64,000 nucleotides of DNA from Octopus vulgaris. Its lineage: Eukaryota. Below the pieces are notes generated by a model that was not told where the DNA came from, searched no databases, and saw nothing but the letters and a program-made list of their open reading frames with translations. Made by a program: the position numbers and the translations under genes. The stretch is taken from assembly GCA_951406725.2 (NCBI GenBank), contig OX597814.1, positions 81,096,001 through 81,160,000 on the forward strand, read 5' to 3'. Positions 53,718 through 64,000 of this stretch are shown here, piece by piece (positions within the stretch are counted from its first letter, which is position 1; each line of letters begins with the position of its first letter).

Positions 53718-54379
53718 ATGTATATGTATGTGTGTGTTTCAGATAGATATCTTTACTTATTGGTGTGTGTACCTATTGCTGTATTTAATTTTATGTCAAT
53801 TTATGTCCTGTCACTTAGCAGTTCGAAAAAATAATGATTAATAAAATAATTACCAGACTGAAATAAACTTGTAAATTCGGGGCCAATATGATTGACAAAA
53901 CCCTTGAAGATTGAGCCATAGAATTAACTTTAACTAGTAAAATAATAAAAGAAAAAATGTGTATACATGTGTATAACATACAAACATACACACACAAACA
54001 CACATATATATTATATGCTTGTATATACAAATGGGAGAAAGTACACTCAATAGATATGGAATTGTGGAATAAAGTAGTGGTTTTGAACACGAACAAATGA
54101 TGCCTTTGCATATTGACATAAAACAAGTGAACCATTAAATAACTGCCGGTGTATAAATAAACTAATTGTGAAAGTCATCCATTTGTTTAGATTAATATTA
54201 TTCCCTACAAACTATGATGAAACTGAGTTGCCAAGACAACTAGCAAATGCTGGAGAGATTCCATGCATTGCTGGATTAATACAAATTAGCCAAATGGTGT
54301 ATATTATATCATGTGTGTGTGTGTTTCTGTGCATATGTACAGATGTGTGTATACATATATATGTTTGTGTATGTGTGTG

Positions 54380-54416
<37 letters not shown>

Positions 54417-54907
54417 GTGCATGTCTATATACTTATATATATATGCATGTATATATGTGTATGTTTGTGTGCATATGTACAGATGTATATATGTGTGTGT
54501 ATATGTATTATGTGTATGTATATATGTATATATATATATATACACACATCTTGTTTTTACCCCTCTGCGAAGGAATTTTATTTATTTCTTTCACAGGAAG
54601 GGCTAGTTCGATGAGTCGTGTTCTGTCCTCACCTTCAAAACAGCTGTCCTTGAACTAAGGACAGCTGATGAAGGGGAATTTTCCTTGTGTAGTTTGTCTT
54701 GTACTCTGTTTTTTTGTTGTTAAAAAAGGTCCGTTTCCATGTTTGCTTTTACGTTTTCGTTTCTCGTTGAGTTCTACGTCTATTTGTGGTGTCTTGTACT
54801 CACGTATATATATTTATATATGCATGTATATATACATGTAGATGTAGGTACGTACATATATGTATGTATGTATGCATATATTTTATTTATTACGCTATAT
54901 ATATATA

Positions 54908-55048
54908 TCATCATCATCATCATCATCATCGTTTAGCGTCCGTTTTCCATGCTAGCATGGGTTGGACGGTTCTACTGGGGTCTGTGAAGCCAGAAGGCTT
55001 CATCAGACCCAGTCAAATCTGGCAGTGTTTCTACGGCTGGATGCCCTT
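54908..55048 (-). mobile_element. RTE tail fragment
   Basis: (CAT)n-gtttagcgtccgttttccatgctagc..., truncated at ggatgcccttc. Confidence 0.85.
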
Positions 55049-56074
55049 CAGAGCTCCTGCCTCTGCTGACAGCAAAGGGCCTCTCTCTCAGAGTAAAAGA
55101 AGGTAGAATGTATGATGCCTGTGTGTGAACAGCTATTCTACATGGCAGTGAAACATGGGCTGTGACGGCCGAGGACATGCATAGGCTTGAAAGAAATGAA
55201 GCCAGTATACTTCACTGGATGTGCAATATCAGTGTGCATGTTCAACAGAGTGTATCTTGAGAGTAAAATTAGGCATAAGAGGCATCAGATGTGGTGTGCA
55301 AGAGAGATTAATGTGCTAGTATGGTCATGTGATGTATATGGACAAGGACAGCCGTGTAAAGAAGTGCCAATCCCTAACTGTGGAAGTGGTGAAGAATGAT
55401 CTCCAAACTTTGGGCTTCACAGAGGTAATGAATAGTGACCGAGACCTTTGGCAATATGCTGTGCTTCAGAAGACACGTCAAGCCAAGTGAAATCACAGTC
55501 ATGGTCGATGCTGGTATCAAATACCCAACACCTACGTAGGTGGCACATAATAAACACCTTTCAAGCATTGAGCCTCATGGAGGAAAATCAAATGTTGGCC
55601 CTCACAGAGGCAATCACTTTGGCATTATGTCGTATTTGAGAAGATGACCCATCAAGCCAAGTAAAACCACAGTCATGACAGATATTGATGTCACACAAAT
55701 GGCACCTGTGCTAGTGGCATGAAAAAGCAGCTTTTGAGCATTGCACTTCATGGAAACAAAGACCAAGATCATTTGGCATTATGCTGAAGGCAATGACCGA
55801 GTCCATTTGGTATTATGCTATGCTTGAGAAAACCCATTAAGCCAAGTAAAACCTCGGTCATGGCAGATGCTAGTGTTACATAAATGGCACCTGTGCCAGT
55901 GGCACATAAAAGCACCCATTACACTCATGGAGTGGCTGGTATTAGGAAAGGCATCCAGCCATAGAAACCATGCCAAAACAGACTGAAATCTGGTGCGGCC
56001 TTCCAGGTTGCCCAGCCCTGGTCAAACCATCCAACCCATGACAGCATGGACAGTGGACATTAAATGATGATGAT
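55049..56074 (+). mobile_element. 5'-truncated RTE LINE (ORF end, 3' UTR, (GAT)n tail)
   Basis: ELLPLLTAKGLSLRVK..LHGSETWAVTAEDMHRLERNEASILHWMCN; ends ggacattaaatgatgatgat. Confidence 0.9.
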
Positions 56075-56123
56075 ACTTAAGTGTGTGTGTATATATGTGT
56101 GTGGGGGGATCTACATATGTGCA

Positions 56124-56179
<56 letters not shown>

Positions 56180-56779
56180 TGCTTGTGTGCGTATATATTG
56201 TGATTGCTCCATCTTAACAGATGCTTGCTCCCTCCTTGTGTTTTCTTGTTTTAAATGGTATTTCTGACTTTCCATCCATGACCACTTAAATGACTATTGC
56301 AGAGCTGCATGGTTTGAAGGTTAGCTGACAGTTGAAAGTTGTAACTTGCTAAATGCTTCCAGCCATTCTTCCATCACCATCAAAATTTCAGTAAAGGGAT
56401 GACAAACAAAGCTGCCATAAAGAGACATCTGAACATCATTGGATTATAGTGATATATGCTTGTACAACACAAGTACCACTTTCTGACCTTTTGTGATTAG
56501 TACCTTGTGACTGGCCAAAGTGAGATGACTCGAAATCACATGAAACTACAGGTTTTACATCAGAGTGCCTTACATCAGAGTAACAACAACTAGGGGTCCC
56601 CTCACTCTTGATAGTTTTATTGCATGCCCTTACACCAACTAAAGATATTTCTTTTCTCTTAGCCCATCTATACTTCATTGTTCATGCACACTTAAATTAC
56701 ATATCCAATGGATCATGCTCCCTTCATTCCTTTCCCAATGTTTTTGTACATAATTAGGATGCAGCATTTTATTTATGTA

Positions 56780-57145
56780 CTAGCACTATGACCCGGCAAC
56801 ACTGGGTCATAGTGCTAGTGCATGCATATATAGCTGTGTGTGTGCACACATACACACGAGTACTGTCCAAATCTCTAACCAATCACATACAGCTAGCTGG
56901 CATTCAATTAGCATATCAAGTTTCGGGCATTTTGATTTGGTTTTGGATAGAAAATTCACAAAAAAGTCACTTCTATTGATTTTTTAATGGCTTTGCGGGG
57001 TGACTGGGGAAATGTAAAGATGTGCACGACCACCCTTGGACGGTTTTGAATGACCATAGAAAGTGCGAGCCCTCTAACTGAAAAATTGTGGATTTGTATA
57101 AAGGACACACACAAACAGACATTTTGCCATTTATATATATAGAGA
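56780..57145 (-). mobile_element. Non-autonomous Helitron-like element
   Basis: Minus strand: 5' a|TCtctatatatataaatggc; 3' GC-rich hairpin followed by CTAG|t. Inserted between A and T with no target duplication. Confidence 0.75.
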
Positions 57146-60100
57146 TGTTTCGTAAGTCAGTCTACCAACCCATATTAAATCATTAACAATTTGGAACTGT
57201 TTCTCTTATTAGTATAGAGAAGGATGTGTTATGCTTTCTATAAGTATTGAGAAGGTTAAGTTAACTTTTAGTCATACCTGTAACCATCTTCAGAGTATTC
57301 AGATTATTCTGTCAAATCTAATATTTATTTATTCAAACTGTTTTGAATTAGTTATGCATTATCTACTAGCATTGAGATTTTCACAATATAACTATTTATA
57401 TTTAGAATGATGTTGTAGGGTTGGTGCAAGAGGCCACATCTGGCCAGTTTGAACATAAAACAGGTAGAATATTTTGGTGGGATATGACCAGCTTAAATGC
57501 TAAAGGGTTTAACAGGTGTAAATATTAATTTGAAATTGGATGTACATACTGTTGATCATCTGCTGTTAGAAATCATGTCTATTGCTTCTTTATTGCTTAT
57601 GTAGCAGGAACATCTTTATTTTTTTATCTTTTAGTTATTGGATTGTGGCCATGCTGGGGCACTGCCTTGAAGGGTCTAGTCCAACAAATTGAGCCCAGTA
57701 CTTATTTTTTAAGTCTAGTATTTATTCTGCTAGTCTGTTTTACTGAACTGCTAAGTTACTGAGGACATAAACAAAGAAACTCTAGTTGTCAAATGGATAG
57801 GAGAGAACATGCATAAGTGTATATATACACAATGGGCTTCCACACAGTTTCCACTTATCAAATTCACTCAGAAGGCATTGCAAATATGCAATCTTGTGGA
57901 CAGGTGGACCAAGTGCATCGAAAAGGAAAGAGACTATATAGAAAAATGACATACTTGTTTATCCCCTGCTTTTGTGTAAATACATTGAAAAAACAAGAAT
58001 GCATATAATTTTTGACTCTCCCTCATATGTATGTATAGACAAAGGCCAAATGGTTAAAGTTTGCCATCAAACCTACCACAAAATATCTTGGGCAATTGTC
58101 TTCTACTAAAACTTCAGGGCGATCCATACTTTTATGAGTAAAATTGGGTAGACAGAAACTGCATGAAAGCCCATTGAACAGATTGTGCTTGTAATTCACT
58201 GGCCCAACATTGTCATGCAATGTGTCATGTTTATTCTGCCCAAGGATAATATTGCTTTCAAGTTTAGGCTCAAGGTCAGCAATTTCAGGGGAGAGAGAGT
58301 CTGATTAGATCAACCGCAGTTCTCAACTAGTACTTATTTTATCAATCCTGTAAAGATGAAAGGCATAGTCAACCTCAGCAAAATTTGAACTCAGAATGTA
58401 AAGACAGATGAAACGCTTTGCAGCATTTCACCCAGTATACTGATGATTCTGCCAACTGACTGCCTTAACCCAAGGATAATATTAAAGGTACATATTTCTA
58501 TGGCACCTACACCACTAATTCAGTGAGCAAGTAATGCAGTTGGTTTTCAACTAACTGAATAGTCATTGTTGAAACCAGATGATGTCTATTTACCATTTAT
58601 GTGTGTGTATATATATATGTACATACATTGTGTACATGTGTGTGTACATACATTGGTGTGTAGACAGAAAATCTAATATTCTTCACCAGAATAGATATCC
58701 ATGAACAGAAGCAGATATTGTGTTACCCAAAAAGCTATAAGAAGTGACCGCATGACTACAATATTAAATGACACCAGTTTACTGACTTCTGTAGTCTTAG
58801 TTTCATACATTAAAATCATACCACTTATCTGATGAGTGTATGAAAGCTTAACCATCAAAATAATGTTCTTTTGTTCTTTAAATGCATTTTTATTACATTT
58901 ACCACTTCCAATTTAACCACTTTCGAAGTTTGTTTGCTAGAATCAGTTATTTTTTGGCTTGGCTGATGAGTTAGCAGATTGGCTGGTTTGATGCTGAAAT
59001 AGAACTGAATTATATTTAATGTTGTGTCAGGGGATGTTGTGGAAACTAATATTTCGGAGAGAGAACCTCTTGTTTAATGAAGGACCCTGACTGAAATCTT
59101 ACACTCTCATGACTCACCACCATACAAGCCAACAAAATAATTTTTCTAGAAGCCAACAAGGAAGCCATTATGTACTCACTGAACCTGCTAAAAATAATAG
59201 CCAAATCTCACTAAAATAGCACATTAACAGCTTTAAATAAAAGAGAAATAGCTTCCTAATCCTCCTTAAATCACAAATCAAGTCAAGCCATTCCTATAGC
59301 ATTTCTGCCATTGAGGCACTTGAAACCTTTTAGCAATTTTTTCTGCCCCTCACAATTTTGAGTTTTCCAAATATCTGAATGTAACTTCCATTCGAATATT
59401 TCATTAGGTTTGGTAATCATAGTGGTATGTGTCACCTCCCCAGAATGTAAGTACCATTGGTTCTCAAGGAACTCATCCCCCTTTGACAGGTTTTTAATCC
59501 TGCAGAATGCCCACACATCTTCACTGCTGTGAGCCAGTTTAGTCACTAACCACTCAAACTCAACTATATACAGATTGTGCTGGATTACATGGTTGCCAGT
59601 AGCAGGTTTCCATCAGTCTGATAGAATTGATCATGACCTGACAGTAAATCACAACCTAACCACATGCTGTTATTTAAAAAGAAAACTGCACACATCAGAA
59701 TAAGCAGTCCTCATTATACAAGAAAGGAAGACAGTTCAATCAGGACTGACCAGGGACTAAACAACAACATCATTCTGGTCTAGATCCATCTTAAGGTGTA
59801 GTCACACTGGGAAATTTCCTTGGGGTTATGCATGCTCTCAGGGCCTGTGGCTTGCTGCCAATCAATAAATACTAATGGCTCCAACATATTGCTTTACTGG
59901 AGTGGTGGGTATAATTCTGTTAAGTCATTTCTGTTCTAATATCTTTCTCATTTGACCTTGTTCTGTGCAAGAAAATCTTCAGAGGGATACAGTTCTAATA
60001 AGAATTTTCTGGACAAAGCGTTCAGTGCTAGATTCAGCTACAGCTAGTCATCAAACTTTTAGTATCAGTACAGCACAGATAGTAGACGAACTTACATCTT

Positions 60101-60704
60101 TTTGGGTAGTAGTACAACATACTACCACCTCTACTACCGTTAACTCTCTCTCTCATTGAAAATATAGTTTGTCTTGTATATGCCCTGAGAACAAATCAGA
60201 CATCACTGTAAAATATTTCCACCAAAATTTCATGCAAAAGTTCAAATTATAGCCTATCTATACAATACTAATCAGAAAAAAAAAATGTGCGTATGTATGT
60301 ATTTGTAAAATGATGTTTGAAAACATTTTTTTAAAAATAAATGTTTTTGAAAAAAAAAGGAAACAACATTACTTTGGTACTGTTTGTGCTTACAGTAAAA
60401 ATAACAACAATAGTACCAAAAACAACATGGCAATGATCCAACCATCCACATGGTGCCAGAAGACAGGAAGACATCTACCATGAAAGAAATATTTCAAAGA
60501 ACTGATAATAAAGAGCAAAAACTAGAATTTTGGTGGCCTTGAGGTTGTAACAGACATTTACTCCAAGTATAACAATACTAGTTCATTCATAATATTATAC
60601 TATAAGGTGCAAGCATGGCTGTGTGGTTAAGACGTTTGCTTCACAATCACATAATTTCAAGTTCAGTCCCACTACACGAAACTGAAGGAAACCCATTTTA
60701 TATC

Positions 60705-61083
60705 TAACAAATGATGGATAGGTGTCAATTCATTACAGGTGTTTTCAAAAAATTTTTTGATTGATTAATGAGTACATTATATCATTATAAAAAGCAATTT
60801 CTTCAGATGAATACATGAATTATACAATTAAGAACATTTTAAAAAAATTTTAATCCACAGCATGTGCATATTTAGTAATTCCACAAGCAACCAGCATCAA
60901 TCGTAGAATCACTAAATATGTATGTGCCATGGATTAAACATTTTTTAAATGTCCTTAATTGTATAATTTGTGTATTCATTTGAAAAAAAATTTTTTTTTA
61001 TAAGGATATAATGTACTCATTAATCAATTAAAAAATTCATTAGAAACAGCCACAATGAATTGACACCTATTCATCATTTGTTA
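60705..61083. mobile_element. Fold-back MITE with ~180-bp imperfect arms
   Basis: 60705-60884 versus 60903-61083, e.g. taacaaatgatggataggtgtcaattcatt and aatgaattgacacctattcatcatttgtta. TA at both ends. Confidence 0.8.
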
Positions 61084-61186
61084 TCTATTTATGATTCACC
61101 TCTTTCAGAACCTTCCCCTCACATGTTCTGAAGTATATTATAGACCACATATTTAATGAAGCCCCTCAACCAGTTGTACAGTACCC

Positions 61187-61231
61187 CACCTGTGAGGGAC
61201 CAATGCGAGATGGGTCGAAATAATTGTTGTG
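61187..61231 (+). ncRNA. Degenerate minimal hammerhead motif followed by AATAAA
   Basis: cac-CTG(-)TGA-gg-gacc[...]ggtc-GAAA-taattg-TT-gtg, with aataaa at 61235-61240. Confidence 0.5.
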
Positions 61232-61560
61232 ATTAATAAAGAATCTCGTGAATTCCATTTCCTCTTTTTCTCATTTGTTATATACCTGACGGACTCTGAG
61301 AAATTCCTGAGGTAGATCCAGTGACACATCCATACTGTTGATGACATGAGGTAGCTATAGACAATGAAAGTGCTTTAATCAGTATACTACCAGGGGTATA
61401 CCCAAGTTTTAAATAATTACTTATATGTGTGTGTGTATGTGTGTGTTTATTCATATATATGTGTGTGTGCCTGGTTGTATGTAAAGTGGTTCTCATGACA
61501 CAGTCCTCTAATTCATCAGACCTTGTCAAATCGTGTGTGTGTGTGTGACATCATGTTCAA

Positions 61561-61780
61561 CCCTTTAGCATTCAGGTTACTCTGTCAAATAAAGTGCTTA
61601 TTGATTCATGCTGTTTTGAATTAATTATGCATTATATCATAGCTTCAAGATTTAAATGATGTAATTGTTGATTTTTAGAATGACATAGTAGGGTAGGTAT
61701 GAGAGGATAGATTTAGTCAGTTTTAGCATAAAACACATAGAATATTTGTGCCGGTTATGGCCAGTTTAAATACTAAAGGG
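61561..61780 (+). mobile_element. piggyBac-like MITE, uninterrupted 220-bp copy
   Basis: tcaa|ccctttagcattc ... aaatactaaaggg|ttaa. Confidence 0.78.
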
Positions 61781-63044
61781 TTAATAAACTTTTCAATACT
61801 GAACACACCCAAATAACTTTTAATGCTTTCAGTTTTAAAAAATGATAGAAAACTTTAAATTCTGCATAACATATTGAGTTCCCTTATTCTTCTCTATAAA
61901 GCCAGAACTTATATTAAATATGTGCATGTGTGTATGCGCATTCACTCTAGAACTGAACAACTAAAAATGACCCAGACTCATATCTGGCTTAATTAGAGTG
62001 AAAGTAGACCAAAGTAGGTCTTTTGTGAGATATTTGCCAATATATATATTCAGCCATTCATTTATTAGTAAATCATCAACTAATTCATTGACCCCAATCT
62101 CTTTCAGCAAAGTGTGGAGTTGGAAATATGAATGAATGTTACATTCTTTGTAGTTTTAGTTTTAATGAATGTAACATCAGGTCAAAAGATCTTTGAATTA
62201 TGACTATAAATAGTTTTGCATTATTAATTTATTAACCGTTGTGAATTAGAATTTAATAACATGAACCTATTTATAGATGGAATGCTGGCCTGCAAACCAA
62301 GGAAGCCTTTGAGTGGTTGCTCAAACTACTTGTAATAACAGTCATAGGTTTCTTTCATTTCTCATCCTAAATGGAAAATAAATGGATCATCATAACAACA
62401 TTCACTTTTCCATGCTCGATTGGGTCAGACAGAATTCACTGAAGCAGATTTTCTATGGTTGAATGCCCTTCCTGTTTCCAACACTCACCTACTTCCAAGC
62501 AAGGTAATATTTCCCTATGGCCAGACGTGTTTTTTCATGAAAGTTGTATGACAATCACATGATCTCAAGACAAGAGCACACTCAAATGCACACACACGCA
62601 TGCATGTGCGATATGTTCCTGTCAGTCTCTCTACCAAATCCTTTCTCAAAGTTTTGTTATGTCAGCAAGTGAAGCTTCTGATTAGCTAAAATTTCATAAT
62701 TTTAAAGGGTTATAACTTTTTTATTATTAATTTCTAGGAAAAAATTAGCATGATTTTTGTCATCAGTATGCAAAGGAACAGCAGCTGGCATTAGGAAGGG
62801 CATCAAGCCATAAAATCCATGGCAAAACAAGCAGTGAAACCTGGTACAGTCTTCTGCCTAGCCAGCTCTTGTCAAACTGTCCATCCCATGTCAGTATGGA
62901 AATTAGACATTAAATGATGATAATGATGACATCAGTATGAAAAAGTTGAAAAAAACTTGGTGGTTGGAATGAATTTAAAAGGATTCCTAATATGTTTGCA
63001 ATCAATTTGTCTTTTGGGCAAGATATATATATATATATATGTTC

Positions 63045-63398
63045 TTTCTTTTATTTTATTCTCCTACTTGTTTCCGTCATTTTATTCTGGCCATGCTGGA
63101 ACACTGCATTTTAGTTAAAGATATCGACCCCTGGACTTATTCTTTGAAAGCCTGGTGCTTATTCTATCAGTCTCTTCTGCTGGACTGCTAAGTTACAGGG
63201 ACGTAAACACACCAACATCAGTTGTCAAGCAATGGGGGTGGAGACACACACACACATATACATACAACAGGCATCTTTCAGTTACTGTCTACCAAATTCA
63301 TTCACAAGGCTTTGGTCGGCTCGAGGCTATAGTAGAAATTACTTGCCCTAGAACCATGTGGTTGGGAAGCAAGCTTCTTACCACACAGCCATGCCTGT
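63045..63398 (-). mobile_element. tRNA-derived SINE
   Basis: Colinear with 48716-49128. Confidence 0.85.
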
Positions 63399-64000
63399 AT
63401 ATATATATCATCATCATCATTTAATGTTCCTTATATACGAAAAACATGTTGAAACATGAGTAATAATGGTAATAGTAGCATACACATTAGGCTGGCAGAA
63501 TCATTTGTGAGCTGGGCAAAATGTTTCGCAACATTCCATCCACCTTTATGTTCTGATTTCAGATTCCAGCCAGGTTTAATTCTACCTTTGAACATTTTGT
63601 GGTCAATAAAATATGTACCAGTTGAGCACTGTGATTGATATAATCCTCTGAAATTGCTGGCCTTGTGCCAAAATTTGAAACCAATATATGCATACACATG
63701 TGTATATGTATATAATCAACATCATCATCATCTTTATTTTGTATCCACTTTCCATGGTGGCATGGTTTGGACTGGTCTTCACATTCTAAGTCAATTCCTA
63801 GTTAGAATGACTTCTCTTGTAAATGGATCCAGTTCAGGAATGGTTTCTGTTAATATTTATAAGAGTAAGTAGGTGATTGCTGTGACCCCCCCCCCATACC
63901 TGATTGGTACATTATTTTATCGATGCCAGAGGGATGAAAGGTAAAAATTGACTACAGTTGGGTTTGAACTTGGAATGAAAAGAGCCAGAAGAAATGCTGC

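Noticed and set aside
58968-59015. CTGATGA...GAAA on the plus strand
   Set aside because: Stem II is misregistered, and there is no stem III or stem I.

Overview
AT-rich, microsatellite-dense eukaryotic DNA with no intact long gene. The ORF track is almost all microsatellite noise or transposon debris. The repeat families (tRNA-derived SINEs, RTE LINEs with a (GAT)n tail) strongly suggest a coleoid cephalopod, most likely Octopus; this is my recognition and not a database result. The window reads as intronic or intergenic sequence. It holds SINEs, RTE, CR1-like and Penelope-like retroelement remnants, maT (Tc1/mariner) and pogo/Tigger transposase relics, piggyBac-like and fold-back MITEs, and Helitron-like elements. 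A few small plus-strand exon candidates suggest a large host gene (best 20739-20795 and 47508-47591). Three things stand out. (1) Several type I hammerhead ribozyme motifs, one nearly intact (7938-8006, minus), each with a different palindromic stem III, near a Penelope-like RT relic. (2) A perfect palindrome with 153-bp arms (42542-42853), plus a 62-bp perfect inverted copy placed almost symmetrically around it and several other locally templated inversions. (3) A ~600-bp duplicated non-coding block, 13 kb apart, whose central 125 bp are identical while the flanks have diverged. Coordinates of degraded elements are approximate.
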